Shown: positions 26,746 to 36,224, counted from the stretch's first letter. The stretch: DNA of 64,000 nt from an uncultured Chitinophagaceae bacterium (GCA_964596155.1 CAZQSI010000005.1:2275-66274), one strand, 5' to 3'. The notes: generated by a model from the letters alone, not told the origin. A program made the numbers and translations.

Positions 26746-28311
26746 ATGCCATACATTAAAGGCGAAGGCAAAACAGTTCTCGGAATTTTTGTGGATGGCC
26801 TCGATGTCAAATTTGTTCATTTGGCCTTGAAGGACAAGCGCATTATTCTGCATGATGTAAAGACGGTAAATCTCGTCAAGCGTCTCGAAGAACGAATCGC
26901 CGGAGCGGAACCATCCGGCGGTTCGGACGGTTTCGACATGATTGACTCCCTCGAAGCAGGAGGTGTAAAAGATGAATTTGCGGAAGGTACGGGGGGTGAA
27001 TCTAACAGTGAAGTAATTATCGGCTTGCTTTCCGAATATCCCACCAATGCCTATCAAATTGTCTATTCCATTTCCGAACCGAGCATCTATTATCAGCAGT
27101 TTGAAGATAATTTTGGACTCTCGGGGAATAAATTAAAACGAAAATTAATCGATGAACTTTCTGCCACCCGGTCGGTAAAACCGACGATGGATTCGCTGTC
27201 GTTTGTCGCTGCAGCGGAAGGTCAGATTCTTTCCGTGATCCGCGAAGACGGGCTCGGATTGCTTGATTTGATGGAAAGCGTCAAAGACTTTCTCGGTAAC
27301 CGCTCTCCGAAAGTGCAGTTTATTGAGACATCCGACCTTTCGTTGATGAATCTCGTGCGGGCCAACTATGAACTCGGCGAAGAGGAAATATCAATTATCG
27401 TCTATGTTGGAACGGAATTCAGCCGGCTGATCTTCATGAAGGGGGAATATTTCTTCCATTTCGCTCCCGTCATCAGCGAAGGCAGGCTGACGCCCAACAT
27501 TGAGAACACGATTTATTCAAGAATTTTGCTGGAACAGGACAGTGCGGGAATTCTCCGCATCGACAGAATCTTTCTAGCCGGTGAAGCGATTAAAATCGAC
27601 CTGAAACAGTTTCTGGCGCCGCAATTTGCCGAAGCTCCGATCGAATATATCGTTTCTTCAATGCTAGACACAACGGAATTTCAAGATAATCCTGAAACAT
27701 TAATTTCAGAGTATGCAATTCCGATTGCCGCTGCCATGCGCGCCCTTGAACCGAAGAATAAACGCTATTACGACGTTGACCTTCTTCCGACAAGTTATCG
27801 CGAAGGCCAAAAAGTTTTTAAGCTTGCGTGGCACGGTTATCTATTGTTGGTGCTGATTTTCGTGACTACATTTTTCTTTACTTCTCGATATGTAGATTTA
27901 AATGAAGAGGTCCGCACAACGAGAAGTGAATTGAATATGAAACAAAATCAATTGGCTGAAAATCAGCGGCTGCAATCGATTCTTGACAGTCTTACCAATC
28001 AAAACTCTCAGTACGAAACTGCATTGCAGGTGTATGACCAATTGATGCCGAACTACAATCGTTGGAGTAAAATATTCAACCATTTGACAAGCAGTGTGGA
28101 GGGTGTCAATTCGGTCTGGATCAAGGATATTTCTGCGCGGGGAGATTCAGCCATGGAATTGACCGGCTATACGATGTACCGTCAGAGAATTCCGAGAATT
28201 TCCAATATGTTCGAGAATGCGGTGCTGAGTTCAGTGGATATGGAATCGATCAGAGGAAAAGATGTCTATCGATTCGTGCTGCTCGTCCGGACGACCGTTG
28301 CAGAACAATAA
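26746..28311 (+). CDS. fused PilM-PilN-like alignment protein
   Basis: 521 aa. Residues 1-335 are actin-like and PilM-like (LGIFVDGLDVKFVHLA start). DVDLLPTSYRE (the PilN INLLP motif) follows, then a TM helix LLLVLIFVTTFFFT and a coiled-coil/periplasmic region. Confidence 0.7.
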   Translation: MPYIKGEGKTVLGIFVDGLDVKFVHLALKDKRIILHDVKTVNLVKRLEERIAGAEPSGGSDGFDMIDSLEAGGVKDEFAEGTGGESNSEVIIGLLSEYPTNAYQIVYSISEPSIYYQQFEDNFGLSGNKLKRKLIDELSATRSVKPTMDSLSFVAAAEGQILSVIREDGLGLLDLMESVKDFLGNRSPKVQFIETSDLSLMNLVRANYELGEEEISIIVYVGTEFSRLIFMKGEYFFHFAPVISEGRLTPNIENTIYSRILLEQDSAGILRIDRIFLAGEAIKIDLKQFLAPQFAEAPIEYIVSSMLDTTEFQDNPETLISEYAIPIAAAMRALEPKNKRYYDVDLLPTSYREGQKVFKLAWHGYLLLVLIFVTTFFFTSRYVDLNEEVRTTRSELNMKQNQLAENQRLQSILDSLTNQNSQYETALQVYDQLMPNYNRWSKIFNHLTSSVEGVNSVWIKDISARGDSAMELTGYTMYRQRIPRISNMFENAVLSSVDMESIRGKDVYRFVLLVRTTVAEQ

Positions 28312-28319
28312 GGTGACAC

Positions 28320-29222
28320 GTGTCATATAAAATACGAAATACAATTGTTCTTGCTGTTCTGATTCTGCTGGTGACCATTATCGGCGGATACGTCACGATT
28401 TTTTTCCAGCCGAAAAAAATCGATCAGAACAAAAAGGAAGCGGCAAAGATCACGTCGCAGCTTCAGGATAATACCGAACAGCTTGCAGCGATTGATGCAG
28501 GACAGAAACGGCTTCGTGAAACCCTGCACCGCTGGAACAACCGCGTGAAGGAAATCTCCGCGTCGGATGTCTCCTCCCAGACATACGGTTACCTAAGCGA
28601 CATCATTGACGAAAGCGGCGCACAACAGCTGAAGATGAACCTCTCCCTGACCGGTTCGAAGAACGAAGGAACAGTCGGATATAATACATACAAAATTACC
28701 GGAACATCGGAATTTCCGAATATTTTCAGATTTATTTGGCTGCTGGAAAACGGACGCAAACTCTATAAAATATCAAGTCTTGTGCTTCGCAGCGATGAAG
28801 TTGCGTTTGATTCTCTTGAGTATCCTAAAATCGCCATCTCGTACGACATGGAGATCAATGCCTTTTTCACTCAGGAAGCAACGCTGGGAATGCCGGTGAT
28901 GAAACCAGATTCCACGCCGCAGCCGATCACCTCAAATCCGTTCCAGCCGAGCATTTTGCGGAAGACGCCGTCAAACGTCCGCAATCTTGTTGATGTGGAC
29001 AGAGTCTCGGTCAAAGCAACCGCGAACGGAAAAGCATTGGTAATGAACGAAGCAGGAAAACTGGTAACGCTGCAGGTCGGCGACGAGGTTTATTTGGGCA
29101 AAGTGTCGAACATCATTCCGAGAGAAGGCGCGGTGGAATTCGTATTAAATGACGGCGGCATCGTGAAAACGAAACGGATCCAAATTCAATTTGAGAATAA
29201 AGATAAGGACGCAATGCAATGA
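28320..29222 (+). CDS. PilO-like protein with PilP-like C-terminal beta domain
   Basis: 300 aa with a GTG start. Has an N-terminal TM helix and coiled coil like PilO. The C-terminal segment VSVKATANGKALVMNEAGKLVTLQVGDEVYLGKV resembles the PilP beta-sandwich. Assignment is by architecture. Confidence 0.5.
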   Translation: MSYKIRNTIVLAVLILLVTIIGGYVTIFFQPKKIDQNKKEAAKITSQLQDNTEQLAAIDAGQKRLRETLHRWNNRVKEISASDVSSQTYGYLSDIIDESGAQQLKMNLSLTGSKNEGTVGYNTYKITGTSEFPNIFRFIWLLENGRKLYKISSLVLRSDEVAFDSLEYPKIAISYDMEINAFFTQEATLGMPVMKPDSTPQPITSNPFQPSILRKTPSNVRNLVDVDRVSVKATANGKALVMNEAGKLVTLQVGDEVYLGKVSNIIPREGAVEFVLNDGGIVKTKRIQIQFENKDKDAMQ

Positions 29223-30511
29223 AACGACTGATCGTTCTTTCCACATGTCTGATGATGCTGGGCGTCTTTCTGCCTGCACAAAATAACAGAGAAAAGAGAA
29301 TGTTCCTGAACGAATATGTCTCTCCCGAAGAACTCGTTTCCATGTCCAAAAGCCTGACGTTCGATAAAGCAATCCTGTTGTTCAGCGATTTCAGCAAGAA
29401 ATACATGAACAAGATCATCGTTGACGTAAGCAACAACAAGAAGCCGATCGGCATTGACATTGAGAACACATATTGGTATCAGGCGTTTGAAAATGTTCTG
29501 AGAGAAAACGGTCAATGGTACGATGAGCGGGAAGAATTTTTTTATGTCTATTCTGTCCTCGATTCCCAGCGTGCCGTGGTATCGAACGGAGGAGCACGTG
29601 CGGCAGCGGCGGCGGTCGACTCCACGTCCAAAATGTTGATGCGTCAACGCGACATCAGAATTTCATCCGTTTTCTTTACCGTTGATGTTGTAAAATCATT
29701 GGAAGCGGGAATCAACTGGAGTTTCTTCTACTCCGGTGATACGACGCAGGCAGGTGCTCGTCCCACACAGTTCGGAACCGAATTCTACGGAGGTCTTGCC
29801 GATCCCAAAGCGTCTGCAGGCGGATCGACCGGCGGCGGTGCAACGACCACCACAGGATTTTTCGGACGGTTTATTCCTGCAATTTCATTCACGAATATTT
29901 CCGCACTTATTTCTTTCTTCTCGGGTAACCAGTTGGGTGATGTGCTTTCGGGTCCGTCCATCGTTGTCTCTTCCGGAAAACCGGGGAGAATTCAGGTTGG
30001 TCAGGACTTTTATATAACGACAAAAGATTTCGCCGGCAATACCGTTCAGTCCGTACAGTCTGCCGGTATCATCATCAACGTCAAGCCGACGCTCTATGAA
30101 GAAAACGGAATCAAATTCATCAATATGGAAATTGAAGCGGAGCGGAGCACGGTGTCGGGTGCCGGAGCAAATCCCATTGTCAACAAGTCTCAGGCAAAAA
30201 CATTTTCGGTGTTGTTCGACGGCGAAGAAACGGTGATCGGCGGTCTTTATACGACTTCCGAAGTTGTCGACCGCGGCGGTGTCCCGTTTTTGAAAGATCT
30301 CCCATGGTGGGTTCTCGGATTGAAATATATTTTCGGGTATGACAAAGTAACGACTTCGACTCAGGAGCTGATTATTCTGATGAAAGCGGAAGTTATCCCG
30401 ACGATTGAAGAACGCGTGGCTGCTGCTGCCCAGAAAAAAGGTGTTAATCCGATTGAGCAGACACGGCTGCAGAATGCCTCAGAGATGGAGCGGTTGAAAC
30501 CGAAGAAATAA
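29219..30511 (+). CDS. pilQ: short secretin (PilQ/GspD family)
   Basis: 430 aa. ATGA overlap with the upstream gene. Has a signal peptide, one N0-like domain, and a secretin core ending GGVPFLKDLPWWVLGLKYIFG ... ELIILMKAEVI. Confidence 0.85.
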   Translation: MKRLIVLSTCLMMLGVFLPAQNNREKRMFLNEYVSPEELVSMSKSLTFDKAILLFSDFSKKYMNKIIVDVSNNKKPIGIDIENTYWYQAFENVLRENGQWYDEREEFFYVYSVLDSQRAVVSNGGARAAAAAVDSTSKMLMRQRDIRISSVFFTVDVVKSLEAGINWSFFYSGDTTQAGARPTQFGTEFYGGLADPKASAGGSTGGGATTTTGFFGRFIPAISFTNISALISFFSGNQLGDVLSGPSIVVSSGKPGRIQVGQDFYITTKDFAGNTVQSVQSAGIIINVKPTLYEENGIKFINMEIEAERSTVSGAGANPIVNKSQAKTFSVLFDGEETVIGGLYTTSEVVDRGGVPFLKDLPWWVLGLKYIFGYDKVTTSTQELIILMKAEVIPTIEERVAAAAQKKGVNPIEQTRLQNASEMERLKPKK

Positions 30512-30533
30512 CCGTCGTGTTGCCTGTCATTGT

Positions 30534-30577
30534 TTTCGTCATGGCGATTTAATACGTTATGACGAAATCCTATTTTT
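30534..30577 (+). other. stem-loop between secretin and Ig-repeat gene (possible attenuator or partial terminator)
   Basis: TTTCGTCAT, a 16-nt loop, then ATGACGAAA, followed by TCCTATTTTTA. Confidence 0.3.
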
Positions 30578-30601
30578 ACGTTACTCTTTTGAAGGTGTCC
30601 C

Positions 30602-33600
30602 ATGAATATTGTGAAACGAATCTCCGCCGGACTGCTGCTGATTGTAGTGCTAGGAATTTTTTCGTGTCAGGATCCAACCTCGGCAACGTCCGATGTTACG
30701 ATAATCGTCAGCGGTCAGGTGTTGAATCTTTCCAATGCTCCTCAGGACAGCGTTGTGATCACGCTGGGAAATCCGTTCCGGCGTGATACGACAAAAACGG
30801 ACGGTACGTTTTCCTATTCATTCGTAACAAGTTCCAAAGAAGAAGTTTCCACAACAATGTCGTTCCGGCACATCAATCTTTCATTCCGCGATACATCCCT
30901 TTCCGTTTCCTATGGTCCTGCGAAAAAAACCATTGCGGTCGGAGAGATGAAAATGAAGGGAGTCTCGGCCGCTCAAGACAGTATTCCCCCAACGAAAGCA
31001 TCGACACGTCCCGTTGTGATTACGTTCGTCCGTTCGACTTCACCGTTAATTTCAATACGGGGAGCGGGCAATGATGCAACAAATCTGACGTTTGAAGTAA
31101 GAGACTCACTCGGAATTCCTGTTGACCAGAAAAATCAGGTCACCGTATTCTTTAAAATTGTTGCAGAACCGGATAATCTTGTGGAACTCGGTCGTCCTTC
31201 TGCTCCGACGAATTCTGTCGGTCAGGTTACGGTCCGCCTTTCGTCAGGTCAAAAAGCCGGAATTGCTCAAGTGCAAGCAACGAGTATCGTAAAGAATGTG
31301 GCAGATACCACGAAGATGGATACGCTGAAATCTCCAATTGTCTCCGTAACCATTGCCGGAGGATTGCCGGTAGAGAGCAGGTTTACGATCGGTTCGCAAA
31401 AAGTGAATGTTCCCGGTTTGGTGAAATATGATTTAAGGAATACTATTACGGCAGTTGTCGGCGATACGTTTGGAAATCCCGTGCAAAAGGGAACTGTTGT
31501 TTATTTTTCAACGACCGGCGGTATTATTAAACCGTATGCAACGACGACAGAGGATGGAACAGTTGGAATAGATCTGATTACCGGTAATCCTGCGCCTTCC
31601 AACGGCATCGCAGTTGTTACGGCTCAGGTTGGTACTCCGGGCAGTGCAACACCGGGAAATAATGTTGTAATGAACGAGAGCGTCGTGATTAAGGGGTTGA
31701 AATCGAAGAAAACACAAAAAGAAAGTGACGCTGCTCTGCTTTCCAAGAGCAACAAGAGTTCAAGCGGTTTCACAAAGCAATTAAACATTCTTTTCTCCGG
31801 TGCACCGCTGATTACCTCCAACGATTCCGCCTATTTCAGTGTTCCACCGCTCGGAACGAAGCAGATTCAAGTTCGCGTGGCTGATTTCAACGGCAATCCA
31901 ATGGCGGAAGGAACGACAGTAAAAATCAGCGGCATCGGACTTGATACTTCCGGAGCCGTTCTCTCCGGCGATCTCGATAAAGTACTGCCGGATACGTATG
32001 ATAAGTCCTACACATTGTATAATATCAGTGTTGCAGATAAGAGAACAAAAAATCTGAGCTCACGCGTCCCGATTTCGATTATTGTAGAGGTGAACGGCCC
32101 GAACGGAAACGTAAAGAGAACATTATTCGGTGAATTGGCATCGGGTGTTTCCGACAGCGGCAAAGTTGGCTCAATTAATTTAGTAAGCAGTTCGATCGAT
32201 TCAATTGTCGTGTCCGGCGCAGGATCTCCTAATGCAATTAATATTCAAGCTCGAGTCCTGACGTCAACCGGAGGTCCCTCATCGAATATTCCTGTCAACT
32301 TTTCGATTGTAAAAAGCGTAAACGGCGGTGAGTATATCTCCAATTCGATTGCTTATACCAACGCCAGCGGTGTTGCAACAACAACACTCAACGCAGGAGT
32401 TCGCTCCGGACTCGTTCAGGTGCAAGCTTCCGTCCGAAGAGATTCGTTGTCAATGAATGCCGAATTAAAAAGCGTCTACATCAGAACGGGTAAGACGGCT
32501 GCAATCACGGTTGTCGGACTTTCTTCAACGAGTCTTTCTGTGAAAGGCGGCGGAGGAAATGAAAATGCAATTATAGTGTATGAAGCACAGGATTCACTCG
32601 GCAACCCGGTAGATATTTCCAATCAGTCAACTATTTCATTTTCAATGGTTGGAGATACTGCAGGTGCAAAAATTTCGCCAGCGTCGGCAAAAACCGATCC
32701 GAATTCAGGCAGGGTCACTGCTTCATTCTCATCAGGAACCAAAGCGGGTATTGTCCAGATCAAAGCAAGCACAGGATCCATCGTTTCTCCTCCTGCAACG
32801 ATCACAATTTCGGGCGGGTTTGCGGTCGATTCGCTCTTTAACTTCACAGGTTTGAAAAAGAATTACTCGATCTATCAAGCGAGCAATATTCTTATTGATG
32901 TGCTGGCAGGAGATAAATCCGGGAATCCGGTAAAACCGAGTACACCGATATATTTCACGACAGATGCGGGAGTAATCTCTGCTACGTCGCTTACGGATAA
33001 CGCAGGAAGAGCGACGGCAACACTGCAGATCGTGAACGACAAGAAACTGATGGGCAGACGATTTGTCACCGCAAAAACTGTCGGTGAAGGAAATGCAGAA
33101 ATAAAGAAAACAAAAACATTTATCCTCTCGGGTACACCTACGATCACAACAAGTGTTCCCAATGATTCCATTACGTTGTTTGACGGGACGTCAACGACGG
33201 TGAATTTCTTGATTGCCGATTCGCTCGGGAACCCTATTTCTTCCGGTCATACCTATCTTGTGTTTGTCGATGGTTCGGTGTCGTCTCAAATCGGCATTAC
33301 TGGAGATAGAACAGGAACGGTTGAAGACTCGGATGATAACCTCAACGGCGTCCAATACAGCGTTGTGATCAGCGATCTGCTTGAAAATGCAGGCACCGGC
33401 GGAACGTTTAAGCTGCGGATTCAAACAAACGGTCCGACCGGCACAACGACAAAGACGATCAACGGCAGGCTGCTTGCACCGGCTAATATCATCGTTCCTC
33501 CGTCTGCCAGAGTCCCTGCATCAATTGCATTGACAGGTGTTTCTTCCAATGACATTTCGATTGCAGGTGTCGGCGGAACGGAAAATTCTACATTGACATT

Positions 33601-34570
33601 TGAAGTACGGGATTCGGTTGGTTCCCCGATCACAATCGAGAACCGGGCACGCGTTTCCTTTAAAACTAATTTTTCACCAAATACATTCACTCTCGGCGGT
33701 ACCAATCCGGTGATTTTACCGACATTGGACAGCACAGACGAGAACGGAAAAGTAAGAGTCTCTATCACTAGCGGTACACAGGCGGGTGTATTGCAGCTTG
33801 AAGCTGTTATCAATCTGACGAATCCAGTGAGAACAATAAAATCTCAGCCTGTGATCATTTCCGTTAGTTCCGGATTTGCAGATCAAGGCCACTTTACCAT
33901 CGCGCCGAGTCAGTATAATTTCCCCGGTTTGCAAAAGGCATTCCTCAGCATGAACATTTCTGTTCAGGTCGGGGATCGATACAGCAATCCGGTAAAGCAG
34001 GGGACTTCAGTGTATTTTAACTCGGCGAACGGAATTATACAAACACAAAAGGGTCTGACAGACATCAATGGATTTGTCACGATGACGCTTTTCTCGGGAA
34101 ATCCATACCCACTGTCACCAAATCTTGCCTCCGGCTTGTCAAACGGCTTCTCACGGTTATATGCGCGGACAATCGGCAAGGACAGCGCGTTTGTGACGGA
34201 TTCTGTTGAGATTCTCTGGTCAGGAAGTCCTATCATCACGAAAACCGATACTATCAATTCGTTTACAATTCCGAATGCCGGCAGTGCGGGACCGTTTACA
34301 TTCACGGTGCAGGATTATCTCGGACACCCGATGTCTCAGGGAACAACAATAGAAATTGAGGCAAATGGATTGTCGATATCAGGAAATTCCAATGTGACAA
34401 TGCCTGATACAAAATCTTCCGGACCGGGATTAACATCGTTTACATTTGCCGTCACCGATGCCAATACAACGGATTCTGATCCGCCGTCACCGACACTTAT
34501 AACAATCGTTGTTCGACATCCGGTTTATGGTGTCTACAAACTGGTAACGGCGTCAGGCACGGTTGATTAA
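30602..34570 (+). CDS. giant lipoprotein with bacterial Ig-like (Big_1/invasin-type) repeats
   Basis: 1322 aa. Lipobox LGIFSC with Cys22. Has an N-terminal CarboxypepD_reg-like domain. Repeated Big_1-like units follow, for example AVVGDTFGNPVQKGTVVYFSTTGG, LAGDKSGNPVKPSTPIYFTTDAG and VQVGDRYSNPVKQGTSVYFNSANG. Confidence 0.8.
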   Translation: MNIVKRISAGLLLIVVLGIFSCQDPTSATSDVTIIVSGQVLNLSNAPQDSVVITLGNPFRRDTTKTDGTFSYSFVTSSKEEVSTTMSFRHINLSFRDTSLSVSYGPAKKTIAVGEMKMKGVSAAQDSIPPTKASTRPVVITFVRSTSPLISIRGAGNDATNLTFEVRDSLGIPVDQKNQVTVFFKIVAEPDNLVELGRPSAPTNSVGQVTVRLSSGQKAGIAQVQATSIVKNVADTTKMDTLKSPIVSVTIAGGLPVESRFTIGSQKVNVPGLVKYDLRNTITAVVGDTFGNPVQKGTVVYFSTTGGIIKPYATTTEDGTVGIDLITGNPAPSNGIAVVTAQVGTPGSATPGNNVVMNESVVIKGLKSKKTQKESDAALLSKSNKSSSGFTKQLNILFSGAPLITSNDSAYFSVPPLGTKQIQVRVADFNGNPMAEGTTVKISGIGLDTSGAVLSGDLDKVLPDTYDKSYTLYNISVADKRTKNLSSRVPISIIVEVNGPNGNVKRTLFGELASGVSDSGKVGSINLVSSSIDSIVVSGAGSPNAINIQARVLTSTGGPSSNIPVNFSIVKSVNGGEYISNSIAYTNASGVATTTLNAGVRSGLVQVQASVRRDSLSMNAELKSVYIRTGKTAAITVVGLSSTSLSVKGGGGNENAIIVYEAQDSLGNPVDISNQSTISFSMVGDTAGAKISPASAKTDPNSGRVTASFSSGTKAGIVQIKASTGSIVSPPATITISGGFAVDSLFNFTGLKKNYSIYQASNILIDVLAGDKSGNPVKPSTPIYFTTDAGVISATSLTDNAGRATATLQIVNDKKLMGRRFVTAKTVGEGNAEIKKTKTFILSGTPTITTSVPNDSITLFDGTSTTVNFLIADSLGNPISSGHTYLVFVDGSVSSQIGITGDRTGTVEDSDDNLNGVQYSVVISDLLENAGTGGTFKLRIQTNGPTGTTTKTINGRLLAPANIIVPPSARVPASIALTGVSSNDISIAGVGGTENSTLTFEVRDSVGSPITIENRARVSFKTNFSPNTFTLGGTNPVILPTLDSTDENGKVRVSITSGTQAGVLQLEAVINLTNPVRTIKSQPVIISVSSGFADQGHFTIAPSQYNFPGLQKAFLSMNISVQVGDRYSNPVKQGTSVYFNSANGIIQTQKGLTDINGFVTMTLFSGNPYPLSPNLASGLSNGFSRLYARTIGKDSAFVTDSVEILWSGSPIITKTDTINSFTIPNAGSAGPFTFTVQDYLGHPMSQGTTIEIEANGLSISGNSNVTMPDTKSSGPGLTSFTFAVTDANTTDSDPPSPTLITIVVRHPVYGVYKLVTASGTVD

Positions 34571-34595
34571 ATGACGTTGTAGTTAAGAATGAATA

Positions 34596-34628
34596 CTGCG
34601 TCCCGCAAAAGCGGGACGCAGTTGTTTT
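34596..34628. terminator. bidirectional rho-independent terminator
   Basis: CTGCGTCCCGC, loop AAAA, GCGGGACGCAG, then TTGTTTT. Sits between convergent genes. Confidence 0.85.
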
Positions 34629-35307
34629 AAAGAAGCCGTTTGGCGGCGGTAAATATCGAATCGAACATCGGCCGGGTGAGAGTTCCGGTGAAAGTGTTTT
34701 GCTGGCTCGGGTGATAGCTTCCAATCAAATGGAGAGAATCATTTACGGCGATCATCGTTCCATGAGAAAATTTTGGTCTGATCTTTAACGATGTTTTTTT
34801 TGCCTCCCTTAAAGAATCGAACGCAGCATCAAATCCGACTTTCCCCAATCCGATCACGACACGAAGGTGTTTCAACAGGAGGAACTCATTCACAATGAAC
34901 GGTCGGCAGTTACTGAGTTCAGATGGGAACGGTTTGTTGTTCGGGGGTGCGCAACGGCAGGCGGCTGTGATGTAACAATTATTCAGGGTCATCCCGTCAG
35001 TTCTGGAAAAAGATTCCGGGCGGTCGGCAAATCCTGCTTTGTGGAGCGCTCTGTAGAGCCATTTACCGCTTTCATCGCCGGTAAACATCCGGCCGGTTCG
35101 GTTTGCTCCATGGGCTGCAGGTGCGAGTCCCACCAGCAACAGTTCTGCTTTCGGATCGCCGAACCCGGGGACCGGTTTGCCCCAGTATTCCCAATCCATA
35201 AAACGTTTCGTTTTGGTTTGTGCAACGTCGGTACGCCACTCAACAAGGCGAGGACATCGTTCGCACGAAATAATTTTCCGGTGAAGGGATGGAATGGTGG
35301 AAGCCAT
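34627..35307 (-). CDS. uracil-DNA glycosylase, family 4/5 (UdgB-like)
   Basis: 226 aa. Has the Fe-S Cys motif CERCPRLV. GLAPAAHGANRTGRMFTGD (GLAPA rather than GEAPG) suggests family 5. HPS lies near the C-terminus. Confidence 0.8.
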   Translation of the reverse strand: MASTIPSLHRKIISCERCPRLVEWRTDVAQTKTKRFMDWEYWGKPVPGFGDPKAELLLVGLAPAAHGANRTGRMFTGDESGKWLYRALHKAGFADRPESFSRTDGMTLNNCYITAACRCAPPNNKPFPSELSNCRPFIVNEFLLLKHLRVVIGLGKVGFDAAFDSLREAKKTSLKIRPKFSHGTMIAVNDSLHLIGSYHPSQQNTFTGTLTRPMFDSIFTAAKRLL

Positions 35308-35352
35308 GTTATAACATAACTGTCGGCAGTATTCCGTGTATGCGCATCAAAC

Positions 35353-36174
35353 TTAGGCCACCGACTTTATTTTTGTCACAAATGGGACGAGGTGCTTGTT
35401 GAACTCGGCAGGATTTTCCATGTTGCTGACGTGACCTGCCTGAGGAATGACAAACATTTCAGAGCCGGGGATGGCATCGTTCATAGCTTTAGACGCAGCA
35501 ACGGGAGTCACCGAGTCTTTTTCTCCGACAAGAATCAATGTCGGACATTTTATGTTCGGCAGATGTGCAGTTGTGTCTGTTCGTGATGCCAGTGCCAGAA
35601 GTGTTCCAAAAATGGAAATCGGAGCCGTCCGTTCCACAATACTTTGAATAGATTTTACCGCCTCGGGGTGAGTATCGAAGGACGAATGGGCAAAGACAAT
35701 TTTCACATAATCCTGTGCATAAAATTTCATGCCGTTGGCCTGAACAAATTTGATTCCGTTGGCGCGTTTGATCTTTGCTTCATTACTGTCCGCTTCGCTT
35801 TTGGTATCGCAAAGCACGAGTCCCAGAACCCGTTCGGGATTTCGTTCTACAGCCCGCAGGGCAATATATCCTCCCATCGACAGTCCGCACAACACTGCTT
35901 TCGGTATGGAAAGATGGTCCATTAACGCGTAAAGATCATCCACGAACAGTTCAATGGAATAATGTCCGGTGCCGACTTCGCTTTCGCCATGTCCGCGCAG
36001 ATCGAAAGCCACAACCCGGTTTGTGGCGCTTAAAGCTTCAATTTGTCCGCCGGGAAAATTCCACATCTTGTGGCTGAATGGAAATCCATGAATGAAAATG
36101 ACGGGAACGGCGTTCGGTGAACCGACATCGATATACCGCAACAGTGTATTGTTAATGGTCGCTTTCATATTCAT
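35353..36174 (-). CDS. alpha/beta-fold hydrolase
   Basis: 273 aa. Has the oxyanion motif IHGFPFS, the nucleophile elbow GLSMGG, and a C-terminal AGHVSN catalytic His. Confidence 0.8.
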   Translation of the reverse strand: MNMKATINNTLLRYIDVGSPNAVPVIFIHGFPFSHKMWNFPGGQIEALSATNRVVAFDLRGHGESEVGTGHYSIELFVDDLYALMDHLSIPKAVLCGLSMGGYIALRAVERNPERVLGLVLCDTKSEADSNEAKIKRANGIKFVQANGMKFYAQDYVKIVFAHSSFDTHPEAVKSIQSIVERTAPISIFGTLLALASRTDTTAHLPNIKCPTLILVGEKDSVTPVAASKAMNDAIPGSEMFVIPQAGHVSNMENPAEFNKHLVPFVTKIKSVA

Positions 36175-36224
36175 TCTCCCTAATTAAAAAAACGGCGGGC
36201 AAAATCTCTGTTACACTCAGTCAG

